DNA from: Aquificales bacterium
GTDB lineage: Bacteria; Aquificota; Aquificia; Aquificales; QOAS01
Direction of reading: 5' to 3'
Assembly: GCA_027036735.1 (NCBI GenBank)
Contig: JALWDU010000056.1
Location: 38,816 to 102,815 of the forward strand
DNA length: 64,000 bases
This document shows positions 29,745 to 39,328 of this stretch, piece by piece; positions within the stretch are counted from its first letter, which is position 1, and every line of letters starts with the position of its first letter. The notes beneath the pieces were generated by a model, which worked only from the letters and a program-made list of their open reading frames with translations, was not told the DNA's origin and searched no databases. The position numbers and the translations under genes are program-made.

Positions 29745-29832
29745 GGCGGTTTCCCCTTTTCCGCTTCCTCTAAATGTCTTCCTTCAAACCTTTACCACCC
29801 TTTGGAGGAGAAATTTCTTTAAATACCTCTTA

Positions 29833-30687
29833 ATGGATTTCGGGGTTGTTATAACCGCCCACAATTGTGCCCGGTTTATAGAAGATTCCGTCAAAAGTGT
29901 TTTCGAGCAAACGCTTAAACCCAAAGAGGTTGTAGTCGTTGATGACCATTCGACGGACGGAACTTTCGAAACCCTTCAGAGGTTGAAAGAAAAATACCCA
30001 ACCCTAAGGGTGGTTAGAAATGAGAGAAACCTCGAGAGGTGCGCTTCGAGAAATAGGGGCGCGGAGCTCCTAACCGCCGAGTGGGTTTGCTTTTTGGACT
30101 GCGACGACCTGTGGCTTCCCGACTATTTGGAGAGGACAAAAGCCCGCCTAACGGCGGGAAAATTTGATGCATCTTTCGGACTGCCCTCACTCTTTGTAAA
30201 CCCCGAAGGGCTACCCATTAGAAAAAAGAAAAAACCGAAGGAACCCTTTGAGGTGCTTCTATACGGCGGAAGGGTCGGATACCCGTCGGGGAGCTGTTTC
30301 AGGAGGGAAACCTTCCTCCGTTTGGGGGGGTATAAGGAGCGGTACCTCATGAGGGAAGACTGGGAAATCTTTTTGAGGTTCCACACCGAGGGGTTGGAAA
30401 TTGCCTTCGTTTCCCTTCACGGGTATGCGATAAGGGAACACCCAAACCGAACCAGTAGGGGAAACAGGAAATTTTTGGAAGCCACCTTAAGGGTGGTGGA
30501 AGACTACCTTCCGAAAACCCCGAGGGGATATAGGGAATATCTGCTCCACCACGCGGCGGTGCAGTGTTTTAGGTTTGGCGACAAGAGGTGCGGTTTTAAA
30601 TACTTAAGGGAACTCCTAAGGGGGGATTGGAAAAGGGTTTTGACCTTTAAGGGTGTTTGGGAGATAGCGAAAAGGCTACCAAAATGA
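29833..30687 (+). CDS. Glycosyltransferase family 2
   Basis: 284 aa. The VVITAHNCARFIEDSVKSVFEQT...VVVVDDHSTDGT and LDCDD motifs are typical of GT-A. Confidence 0.85.
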   Translation: MDFGVVITAHNCARFIEDSVKSVFEQTLKPKEVVVVDDHSTDGTFETLQRLKEKYPTLRVVRNERNLERCASRNRGAELLTAEWVCFLDCDDLWLPDYLERTKARLTAGKFDASFGLPSLFVNPEGLPIRKKKKPKEPFEVLLYGGRVGYPSGSCFRRETFLRLGGYKERYLMREDWEIFLRFHTEGLEIAFVSLHGYAIREHPNRTSRGNRKFLEATLRVVEDYLPKTPRGYREYLLHHAAVQCFRFGDKRCGFKYLRELLRGDWKRVLTFKGVWEIAKRLPK

Positions 30688-31128
30688 GTAAATATTTATT
30701 CACTCGATTTAGGTTCTTCGTTGAAAGATTTCCATAGAAATTAAAAAAATAAATCCAACGCTTACGGAAAGACCCGTTATTAAAGCAATCCAATCGGCAA
30801 AGGTTATAATTCCTCCTCCTTACAAGAATTTAATTTATTTAACTCCCTACGCCATAGGTAGATATTAAGAAGCCAAGTCAAAAAGATTATTACAAAAGCG
30901 ATGGAATTTAGCAAAAGTAGCCATCGGAAGTTTTGATATTTAACTAAAAGTGTTCCCAATCCACCACCCAAAGCTAAGAGGATTAGCGTTAGTTTTTCAA
31001 ATAATGTTTTCAGGAAATCTATCTTTGCTTCGATAGTCCTACATTTTTCTATATTTTAACTTTTAAATTTTAGCACTCGAATATAGCTTAGACTTGATTA
31101 CAAAAATATCAGTATTATTTGTATGCTT

Positions 31129-32880
31129 CTATTTAAATTCTAAGATTTCCTTCCACGAGCGGACTTTCATCAAAATATCAGGCCAACCTAAAAAACTTAT
31201 TCTTATTTCCGCATCAGGAAAAAGTTTTTTTACCTCATGTAGATTAAAACCCAAATTTTGCTTATCTTTTACCTCTTCAGGTGTATACCAAATTTTACTC
31301 TGTAGATCGGAATTATAGGAAATTATTGTTATTTTCTTCTTTTTGGGTTTATTGTGACTGTTAGCTTCTGTATGATTTTTTGAACTTCCATAAAGTTCTA
31401 TAGTAAAGTTATTAGAAATATCATCTTCTGGAAATGAATAACCTATTATTATCAAATGGTCGTATTCACGTAGTTTATTAAACACGATATTCTTTAAATG
31501 CCTTAAAAAAAATATTTCATCCGATTTTAGAATGGTTTGAATACTAAGAGGGGTGTCTTCAAAATAAGTAGGAAATCCACAGTTAGGACAAGGCAATTCA
31601 TCAGGACGTCCCTTTTTATAAGCTTCATAAAGTAAAGTTCCTTTATATTTTTTGCTAACTATTTTCATATCGTGAATTGATGGAATGGGATCTAGTAAAA
31701 ATAAGTCTCTTAATCCTTCATAGGTGGCTACATTTAAATTATTAATTTTTGTTGGCATTATCATGAATAGTTGGTTACAGTAAGGGCAAAACCTTATGTT
31801 AAAAAGACCATGGACTGCATAAAGTTTGATTAATTGAAGGAATAAATTGCTATCTATTTTTGTTTCTTCGTAGACCCATGACTTCATTGTCTGCTTATTT
31901 ACAAAATAAGCTGTATCTTCCGAAATAAGTATTTCATCCCATATTTCTTTTTGTTTCCGAGAATTAAATTCCTTATCCAATCTAACTATAGGAATATTCC
32001 AAGTAAAGTCCACATAAGTTTGAGGTAAAATATCGTTACGTAAAGTGTTTATCTCCATTCTCTTATTGGCATAACGATTTGCTTTTATCAATATAAATGG
32101 TAAAAATGGATCCCAATTGAAAGTTAGAAATTCTATAGGCAGTACGAATAAATCTCTTTTTATAATTACATTAAGATTTTCAGGATTTTTTATAGTTTCT
32201 AATATTAAATCTCTAAAAAAATTATAATAAATCTTGGTTTTTTGTGTATTAGGTGTGTGTGCTAAGACGATTTTAAATAATTTATAGGTGAAATATTTGT
32301 AAAAATCTAAAGCTTTTTTGGATCTATGAGGTCTATTATAATAAATAACTTTCTTGTTTCTATCGTTCTTTCTTGAAAATAGCTCTTTCGTAGGTATAGA
32401 TATATTTTCTTCATAGGCTTTATCTAATAATGTTAAAAATCTTACAAGAGGAACATTTTCTTTCTCGTCATCGGGTAAAGAGTTTTTCCATTGAAGGTAA
32501 AAACTTCTAAAAGCCAGATAATCAAATTTTCTATAGGAATCCTGTAAATAATATCGGAAATATTCTGGGTCTCCATCTGGAAAAATTTGTTTATACTTCT
32601 TAACTAAGAAGTCAATAACTCTTTCTCTTTTTTTAAGAGCTTCTTCTAAACTACCAGCCCCGTCGCCATCTAACAATATAAGAAGAGTCCGTTCTAAATC
32701 CTTTTGAAGATGAAACTGTAGTTTGCCTTTTAAAATCTGTCGGTTAATTTCTTCCAATCTATCTATTAATTTTTTATTAAGATTTACTACTATGTTTATA
32801 GCTTTAGCTATGTCTTGAGTAGTAATGGCACCTAAATTAACCGAAAAACCTGCACCGATAATAAAAAGGGTTTTAAGCAT
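31129..32880 (-). CDS. SIR2-like (sirtuin-fold, Zn-module containing) protein with a large N-terminal helical insertion; candidate NADase effector
   Basis: 583 aa, very AT-rich. The ordered sirtuin motifs are IIGAGFS (res 7-13), TFNWD (253-257) and AVHG (355-358), followed directly by CPYC (365-368). A second pair CPNC sits at 431-434, then LIIIGYSFPEDD (476-487). Confidence 0.7.
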   Translation of the reverse strand: MLKTLFIIGAGFSVNLGAITTQDIAKAINIVVNLNKKLIDRLEEINRQILKGKLQFHLQKDLERTLLILLDGDGAGSLEEALKKRERVIDFLVKKYKQIFPDGDPEYFRYYLQDSYRKFDYLAFRSFYLQWKNSLPDDEKENVPLVRFLTLLDKAYEENISIPTKELFSRKNDRNKKVIYYNRPHRSKKALDFYKYFTYKLFKIVLAHTPNTQKTKIYYNFFRDLILETIKNPENLNVIIKRDLFVLPIEFLTFNWDPFLPFILIKANRYANKRMEINTLRNDILPQTYVDFTWNIPIVRLDKEFNSRKQKEIWDEILISEDTAYFVNKQTMKSWVYEETKIDSNLFLQLIKLYAVHGLFNIRFCPYCNQLFMIMPTKINNLNVATYEGLRDLFLLDPIPSIHDMKIVSKKYKGTLLYEAYKKGRPDELPCPNCGFPTYFEDTPLSIQTILKSDEIFFLRHLKNIVFNKLREYDHLIIIGYSFPEDDISNNFTIELYGSSKNHTEANSHNKPKKKKITIISYNSDLQSKIWYTPEEVKDKQNLGFNLHEVKKLFPDAEIRISFLGWPDILMKVRSWKEILEFK

Positions 32881-32901
32881 AGCTATTTACACCTTTATTT
32901 A

Positions 32902-33321
32902 TTAACTACTATGTTTATATAATTTTTCAATTCCATAAATACAAAAATTACAAATACTTTTTTCGTCAGTCGATGCTCCGTCAGTATCACAAGCCCCTAA
33001 TAAAATCCTCACTTTTTCTTTGAAAACAGCTCTTATGCTATCACGAGCTATTTCATTTTTCTTCACCTTAAGTTTTATATAAATATATCTTTTTGCACTC
33101 TTGCAGTTTTCTATATCTGTTTTTATACATCTATCTTCTATTGGTAGAATATGAAAAATTCCTTTATCACCTTCCAGAAGTATTCTACAATCTCCTTTAA
33201 TATTTTTTAAATTTTTAGCAGGTATTGATATAATAGCAGATATAGTATACTTTCCCTTTTCACCTTCTTCAAAACTCCACCCTTTTATATATGCTTTAAC
33301 CCAAATTTTGCTTGAGGACAT
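32902..33321 (-). CDS. Hypothetical 139-aa protein, upstream partner of the SIR2-like gene
   Basis: Same strand, 21 nt upstream of the SIR2-like gene. Predicted beta-rich, with 6 Cys including CNFC near the C-terminus. No family recognised. Confidence 0.55.
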   Translation of the reverse strand: MSSSKIWVKAYIKGWSFEEGEKGKYTISAIISIPAKNLKNIKGDCRILLEGDKGIFHILPIEDRCIKTDIENCKSAKRYIYIKLKVKKNEIARDSIRAVFKEKVRILLGACDTDGASTDEKSICNFCIYGIEKLYKHSS

Positions 33322-33400
33322 AGGTATTTATGATAATCAAATATTTAAAGAAGATTAAATTAAAGGGTAAACTATATAGAAGAATGCTAGTTTCAAACTG

Positions 33401-35680
33401 CTACCTCAAAAACTCCCCCAAGCGGTTTTCGTAAATTTTCCTAACCTCTTGGGGGTCTATTTCCAAAACTTTTTCCCCGTTGTTGGTTACGGTAAGAATG
33501 GGTTCCTCGGTAGTTTGACCTATCTTTAACCATTTGACACCTTTGGAGTTTAGGAATTCCTCAAACTCGCCCTCTTTGGAGGGGTCGACCGATACGACCA
33601 CCCTCGTGGGGTTTTCGGAAAAGAGGAAGAAGTCTATCCTCTCGTCGGTGTAAAGTTCTATCCTCGCCCCTATTATGGTTTCGGGTAAAAAGAGACCCTC
33701 GAGGAGTGTAACTATCAGACCGCCGAGGCTGATATCGTGCGCTCCCGTAATGAGGCGTTTGTTATTTAGCTCCACGAGGGTGTCTATAAGTTTTTTCTCC
33801 TCCTCGAGGTCTATATCGGGAATATCACCCTTAACCAGTCCGTGGACTTCCTTTAAAAATTCGCTCCCCGCGATGGAGGGGGATTTTTCTATATCCCCTA
33901 TGAGGTAGAGGGTGTTATTCGGTTTAAACACCGAAGGGGTGTAGTTGGTGTAATCCTCCAGAACTCCGACCGCCACGACCACGGGGGTGGGATAGATGTT
34001 TCTAATCTCTTCGCCGCTAACCGTCTCGTTGTAAAGGGATACGTTTCCGCTAATTACGGGGACGTTTAGCTTTTCGCAAGCCTCCGCCATTCCCTCTATC
34101 GCTTTGACGAGCTGATACATAATTTCGGGTCGCTCGGGGTTTCCGAAGTTTAGGTTGTCGGTAATCGCCAAAGGTTTAGCCCCTACGCAGGCGACATTTC
34201 GGCACGCCTCGGCTACAACCCACTTTCCACCTTTGTAGGGGTCTAAATAGACCATTCTCCCGTTGCCGTCGTTGGAAATTGCGACACCCTTTTCGGTGTA
34301 TATTTCGGGTCTCAGCTTCCACTTTAGGCGGATAACGGCGGCGTCCCCTCCGGGGGTATAAACGGTATTGGTTCCCACCTGGTGGTCGTACTGTTCGTAA
34401 ATCCACCTTTTGGAGGCTACATTTGGAGATGAGACCACCTTTAGGAGCGCATCCTTAATATCGACCTCCGGAAGGGTATTCTGGTCGAAACTTTTGACCT
34501 CTTTGAGGTATTCGGGCTCTTTGTAGGGGCGGTCGTAAACGGGAGCCTCGTCGACTATCGCGCTCACGGGCAGGTCTGCCACCAGCTCACCTTTGTAGTA
34601 GGCTTTAAAGCGCTTGTCGTCGGTGGTCTTACCCACAACGGCGTGGGCGAGGTGCCACTTTTTGGCAATCTTTTCGAGGAGAGGGAGCTTTTCCTCGGTG
34701 GTTACGAGGAGCATCCTCTCCTGACTTTCGGAGAGGAGTATTTCAAAAGGTGTCATGCCCTCCTCACGGAGGGGAACGTTTTCTAAGTAAAGCTCAACCC
34801 CTAAGCCGCTCTTAGCCGCAAGCTCGGAGGCGCTACCCGCCAAACCGGCGGCGCCCAAATCCTGCATACCCACAATAGCCCTTTCGTCGGTTGAAATGAT
34901 TTCCCATATAGCCTCTATGAGCTTTTTGCCGTAAAAGGGGTCGCCTATCTGGACGTTGGGGCGTTTTTCCTCTATATCCTCCCCGAATTCGGCGGAGGCC
35001 ATAGTTGCGCCCTTTATACCGTCCCTACCGGTTTCGGAGCCTATTAGAAAGAGCAGTTGCCCCGGTGCGGTCGCCCTCGCCCTGTACATCTTGCCGGCGG
35101 GTATAACCCCGAGACAGAAGGCGTTTACAAGGGGGTTTGTAGTGTAGCTCTCTTCGTAAAAGGTATCCCCACCTACGGTGGGAACCCCTATCGGGTTTCC
35201 GTATCCGCCTATACCCTTAACGACTCCCCTATTCAGTTCTCTACTCTTTGTGTCTTTCCTTATATCCCCAAACCTCAAGGAGTCGGTTAGGGCTATCGGG
35301 CGCGCGCCCATCGAGAGGATATCCCTAATAATTCCGCCGACACCCGTTGCCGCGCCGTGGTAGGGCTCTATATAGGAAGGATGGTTGTGGCTCTCTATCT
35401 TAAAGGCAACCCAAACATTGTCGTCAATCTCCACTACCCCCGCATTTTCGCCGGGACCCTGAACCACCCAGGGGACTTTTGTCGGAAATTTCCTTAAGTG
35501 CTTTCTGGAAGATTTGTAGGAGCAGTGCTCACTCCAAAGGGTTCCGAATATCCCGAGCTCAACCTCGTTGGGTTTTCTCTTTATCAGTTCCCTAATGAGG
35601 TTGTATTCCTCCTCGGTCAGCCCGTGCTCTTCCCAAGGCTTGTTTTCCATTAGGGGTTTAATTCTAAATCCCTCCCCCAA
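33401..35680 (-). CDS. purL: Phosphoribosylformylglycinamidine synthase subunit PurL
   Basis: 759 aa. N-terminus LTEEEYNLIRELIKRKPNEVELGIFGTLWSEHCSYKSS and the duplicated AIRS-like domain layout of FGAM synthase II. Confidence 0.93.
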   Translation of the reverse strand: MGEGFRIKPLMENKPWEEHGLTEEEYNLIRELIKRKPNEVELGIFGTLWSEHCSYKSSRKHLRKFPTKVPWVVQGPGENAGVVEIDDNVWVAFKIESHNHPSYIEPYHGAATGVGGIIRDILSMGARPIALTDSLRFGDIRKDTKSRELNRGVVKGIGGYGNPIGVPTVGGDTFYEESYTTNPLVNAFCLGVIPAGKMYRARATAPGQLLFLIGSETGRDGIKGATMASAEFGEDIEEKRPNVQIGDPFYGKKLIEAIWEIISTDERAIVGMQDLGAAGLAGSASELAAKSGLGVELYLENVPLREEGMTPFEILLSESQERMLLVTTEEKLPLLEKIAKKWHLAHAVVGKTTDDKRFKAYYKGELVADLPVSAIVDEAPVYDRPYKEPEYLKEVKSFDQNTLPEVDIKDALLKVVSSPNVASKRWIYEQYDHQVGTNTVYTPGGDAAVIRLKWKLRPEIYTEKGVAISNDGNGRMVYLDPYKGGKWVVAEACRNVACVGAKPLAITDNLNFGNPERPEIMYQLVKAIEGMAEACEKLNVPVISGNVSLYNETVSGEEIRNIYPTPVVVAVGVLEDYTNYTPSVFKPNNTLYLIGDIEKSPSIAGSEFLKEVHGLVKGDIPDIDLEEEKKLIDTLVELNNKRLITGAHDISLGGLIVTLLEGLFLPETIIGARIELYTDERIDFFLFSENPTRVVVSVDPSKEGEFEEFLNSKGVKWLKIGQTTEEPILTVTNNGEKVLEIDPQEVRKIYENRLGEFLR

Positions 35681-35702
35681 AGGGTCTTATAGATATTCCT
35701 TA

Positions 35703-36794
35703 ATGCTCCAAGAGGTGGTTGAAAGGTTTTCCAGACAGGGGTTGGACGGATTTCTCTTTTCCTCCCAACCTTCGGTCTTCTATCTAACCCGCTTTAGGTC
35801 TACCCACGCATACGTCCTCTTGACCTCAAAAAGCGAAAGGGTCTTAATAACGGATAGCCGCTACACGCTAAAGGCTGAAAAACAGCTAAAGCCCCAAGGG
35901 TGGAAGGTAGTGGAGGTAAAGGCTCCCCTCTTTGGGAACTTGGTAAATATTCTCTCCGATTTCGGCGTTAAAAGGGTCGCCCTCGAGGGGGATAGGGTCA
36001 AATACAACTTTTTTGAGAGGTTCAAATGCACCGCCTTTAGGAGGGGGATAGAGGTAATCCCCCTATCGGGGTTTTTGGACAAATTTAGAATGGTGAAAAC
36101 CCCCGAAGAGATTGAGCTAATCCAAAAGGCGGTTGAGATTACCGATAGAGCCTACCAAAGGTTGGTCGAATTTCTAAGGGAAAACCGAAAGAGGTTAACC
36201 AAACTAAAGGAATCCGACTTAAGGAGGTTTCTAATCTGCGAATACCTCAAAGAAGGTGCGGAGGGAGAGAGCTTTCCGTCCATAGTGGCAACCGGGGATA
36301 ACTCTGCCATACCCCACCACGAGACATCGGAAACCCCTTTAAAGGAGAACGCACCCCTCTTGATAGACACCGGGTGTGTGTATAAGGGCTATTGCTCCGA
36401 CTTTACAAGGACGCTCTTTATTGGAAACCCCGACCGGGAACTGCTAAAGGTTTACGAAGTGGTTAGGGAGGCGCATCTAAGGGCGGTGGAGGCGGTAAAG
36501 GTAGGAAGACCGATAGGGGAGGTCGACCTAGCCGCGCGGGAGTATATAGAGAGAGCCGGTTACGGAAAATTTTTCACCCACTCCACCGGTCACGGCGTCG
36601 GGATAGAGATACACGAACCCCCGAGGGTCTATAAAAACGACAAAACCCCTATAAGGGAGGGAATGGTCTTCACCATAGAACCGGGGATTTACCTACCGGG
36701 AAAGGGAGGGGTGAGACTCGAAAACATAGTCGTGGTCACCGATAAGGGGGCAAAAATCTTACAAAAAACACCCCTCGATGTGGTGGTTATTTGA
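35703..36794 (+). CDS. M24 family Xaa-Pro aminopeptidase/dipeptidase
   Basis: Creatinase-like N-domain plus a pita-bread domain with the HGVGIEIHEPP and VFTIEPG motifs. I chose the start at ATG 35703, because the ORF-track start at 35568 overlaps purL. Confidence 0.85.
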   Translation: MLQEVVERFSRQGLDGFLFSSQPSVFYLTRFRSTHAYVLLTSKSERVLITDSRYTLKAEKQLKPQGWKVVEVKAPLFGNLVNILSDFGVKRVALEGDRVKYNFFERFKCTAFRRGIEVIPLSGFLDKFRMVKTPEEIELIQKAVEITDRAYQRLVEFLRENRKRLTKLKESDLRRFLICEYLKEGAEGESFPSIVATGDNSAIPHHETSETPLKENAPLLIDTGCVYKGYCSDFTRTLFIGNPDRELLKVYEVVREAHLRAVEAVKVGRPIGEVDLAAREYIERAGYGKFFTHSTGHGVGIEIHEPPRVYKNDKTPIREGMVFTIEPGIYLPGKGGVRLENIVVVTDKGAKILQKTPLDVVVI

Positions 36795-36795
36795 G

Positions 36796-37131
36796 TCAAG
36801 ACCCTATAAAGGTTTCTACTTTACTACCTTCCTCCAATCGGGCAGTGGTAACGATATCCTTTAAGCGTTTTTTAAACTTTCTTTTCCCCCACTTTTTCTT
36901 TTTTCCAACTTTGATGGGAATTATTATCAAGTCCCAATTGGGATATTTCGCCAAAAATTTTTTCCTCAATTGATTTTCCAAATCTGTTGCGTATTTCACC
37001 GAACCTATAGAGGAAGTTCGAATTATTATGGTATGCTCCCTTGTTTCGGAATCGTTTAACACTTTGTGATACTTAATATCTATATTTTGACGTTTCAGTT
37101 CCTCAAAGATTTCCCTTAAAGGGGTTTTCAT
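36796..37131 (-). CDS. Hypothetical protein (111 aa) with a basic KKKKWGKRKFKKRLK patch
   Basis: ORF only. Confidence 0.35.
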   Translation of the reverse strand: MKTPLREIFEELKRQNIDIKYHKVLNDSETREHTIIIRTSSIGSVKYATDLENQLRKKFLAKYPNWDLIIIPIKVGKKKKWGKRKFKKRLKDIVTTARLEEGSKVETFIGS

Positions 37132-37178
37132 AAACCAAGCCTCCCTACAAAGGTTCTCCCTTAAAACTAAACACCTAT

Positions 37179-38102
37179 ATGCGCAAGAGAATTAGGGTCG
37201 GCACCCGTAAGAGTAAGTTGGCTATGTGGCAGACCCAATTTGTGGTGCACCTCATGAGACTGTTCGACCCTTCCCTGGAAATAGAGATAGTTCCGATAAC
37301 CACTAAGGGGGACAAGATTCTCGACGTTACGCTCTCCAAGATAGGGGACAAGGGACTCTTTACCAAAGAGATAGAGGAAAAACTTCTCGCGGGCGAAATA
37401 GATATGGCGGTGCACTCTCTGAAAGATATGCCTACAAAACTGCCCGAGGGACTGACACTCGCCGCCTATACGATGAGGGATTACCCATTTGACGTATTGG
37501 TCTCCCGAGAGGGGAAAAAATTAAAGGAACTACCCGAAGGGGCTGTTGTGGGAACCTCCTCCCTCCGAAGGAGGGCTCAACTGAAAAGGCTTAGACCCGA
37601 CCTAAAGGTTAAGGATATTAGGGGAAATGTGGACACCCGCTTGCGGAAGCTGGACGAAGGGGAATACGATGCGATTATTCTAGCCCAAAGTTCCCTCGAG
37701 CGTCTCGGTTGGGGAGAGCGCATAACCGAAATCCTAGACTACTTCATACCGGCGGTGGGTCAGGGTATTATAGCGGTTGAAACCAGGGAAGACGACAAGG
37801 GGCTAATCGAATTTCTCCGCGAGAGCGTAAACGATATCGGTTCGGAGGCGGAGGCTAAAGCCGAAAGGGAGTTTTTGAAGACCCTCGAAGGGGGTTGTCA
37901 GGTTCCGATGGGTGCCTTCGCCGTGGTTAACCCCGACGGCTCGATGGTTATAAAAGGTTTTGTTTCCGATTTCGAGGGTAGGGAATATTACGAAGCCACC
38001 CACGGGGGGCACGCCCAATACGCCGAAAGGGTGGGTTACGAATTGGCGGAAAAACTCCTGAAGATGGGGGCTAAGAAAATTCTCGAAACCTTAAAGGGTT
38101 AA
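37179..38102 (+). CDS. hemC: Hydroxymethylbilane synthase (porphobilinogen deaminase)
   Basis: 307 aa. IRVGTRKSKLAMWQT, HSLKDMPT, GNVDTRLRKL, and the cofactor Cys in LEGGCQVP. Confidence 0.93.
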   Translation: MRKRIRVGTRKSKLAMWQTQFVVHLMRLFDPSLEIEIVPITTKGDKILDVTLSKIGDKGLFTKEIEEKLLAGEIDMAVHSLKDMPTKLPEGLTLAAYTMRDYPFDVLVSREGKKLKELPEGAVVGTSSLRRRAQLKRLRPDLKVKDIRGNVDTRLRKLDEGEYDAIILAQSSLERLGWGERITEILDYFIPAVGQGIIAVETREDDKGLIEFLRESVNDIGSEAEAKAEREFLKTLEGGCQVPMGAFAVVNPDGSMVIKGFVSDFEGREYYEATHGGHAQYAERVGYELAEKLLKMGAKKILETLKG

Positions 38103-38128
38103 GGTGCAAAAATACCACGGTAGGTCTG

Positions 38129-38551
38129 TTGAACTTAAATAAACCCCCGATGGGGTCTCCTACCTTTTCAACCCTCGCGGGATTTGTATTGGTAAGTTCA
38201 ACCGCTTACGGGCTCGCCTACGACGTTTTCCTAAAAGAGGGAAAAAAAGTAGTTAACCTCCACCGCGAGGGAAGGAATCTCGTAGTTGAGGAGGCACCTA
38301 TCAGGGAAGGATTGCCACTATTTGAGACCTTTAAGGTGGAGTATAGGGGAGGGAGGCTACTTTTGGAGTGGAAACCCTCCGACCCTTCGGTGGAAAAGGT
38401 GTTGGTGGTAACCGACGGGGGGAAAATAAAAATTACGACCTCCCGTAGGTTGGAATTTCCGGCCGACAAAGGAGTGAAATTTTTAAGGATTTTCCCCGTG
38501 GGGGAGGACGGAAAAATAGGTCTGCCCGCCGAGGTGGAAATAGACGGTTAA
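38129..38551 (+). CDS. Hypothetical exported protein (TTG start)
   Basis: 140 aa with an N-terminal hydrophobic segment. No motif recognised. Confidence 0.35.
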   Translation: MNLNKPPMGSPTFSTLAGFVLVSSTAYGLAYDVFLKEGKKVVNLHREGRNLVVEEAPIREGLPLFETFKVEYRGGRLLLEWKPSDPSVEKVLVVTDGGKIKITTSRRLEFPADKGVKFLRIFPVGEDGKIGLPAEVEIDG

Positions 38552-38584
38552 ACCTCGGAGCGGTAAGTTTTAAAATTCCACCCT

Positions 38585-39328
38585 ATGTTGGACTTTACGG
38601 GAAAAACCGTTTTGGTTACGGGTTCAACCCGCGGTATAGGTAGGGCTATTGCTGAGGAATTCGCCAAACACGGCGCAAACGTAATAGTCAGCGGAACCGT
38701 AAAAGAGCGCGCCCAAGAGGTGGCTAAAGAGCTGTCGGAAAAATACGGGGTGAATACCCTCGGCGTGGGTATGGATGTTTCCGACCCGAGGAGCGTTGAG
38801 GATGCCTTTAGGGAAATAAATGCCGCCTTCGGCGGGGTTGATATTTTGGTAAACAACGCCGGTATCACCCGCGACACCCTTTTCCTACGGATGAAAACGG
38901 AGGACTGGCAAAAGGTTTTGGACGTCAACCTCACCGGCGCCTTTCTCGTCACCAAGCAGGTGGTGCGTTACATGACCAAACGACGTTGGGGAAGGATTAT
39001 AAACATCTCTTCCGTCGTGGGTTTTACCGGAAATGTGGGGCAGGTAAATTACGCCACAACCAAGGCGGGTCTTATAGGCTTTACCAAATCTTTAGCCAAG
39101 GAGCTCGCCCCCCGCAACGTTTTGGTTAACGCCGTGGCGCCCGGCTTTATAGAAACCGATATGACCGAAAACCTCAAAGAGGAGATAAAAGAGGAATACA
39201 GAAAACAGATACCCCTGGGTAGGTTTGGAAAACCGGAAGAGGTCGCAAAAGTTGTGTTATTTTTGGCTTCCCCTATGGCGGATTACATAACCGGGGAAAC
39301 GATACACGTAAACGGGGGAATGTATTAA
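38585..39328 (+). CDS. fabG: 3-oxoacyl-[ACP] reductase
   Basis: 247 aa SDR. TGSTRGIGRAIA, NNAGI, and catalytic S...YxxxK (NYATTKAG). Confidence 0.9.
   Translation: MLDFTGKTVLVTGSTRGIGRAIAEEFAKHGANVIVSGTVKERAQEVAKELSEKYGVNTLGVGMDVSDPRSVEDAFREINAAFGGVDILVNNAGITRDTLFLRMKTEDWQKVLDVNLTGAFLVTKQVVRYMTKRRWGRIINISSVVGFTGNVGQVNYATTKAGLIGFTKSLAKELAPRNVLVNAVAPGFIETDMTENLKEEIKEEYRKQIPLGRFGKPEEVAKVVLFLASPMADYITGETIHVNGGMY

Noticed and set aside
30688-33400. Flanking direct repeats (att-like) for the SIR2 island
   Set aside because: The only shared string I could find at both edges is a 9-mer (aaatattta, near 30691 and 33350). This is expected by chance in such AT-rich DNA. No integrase or tRNA is nearby.
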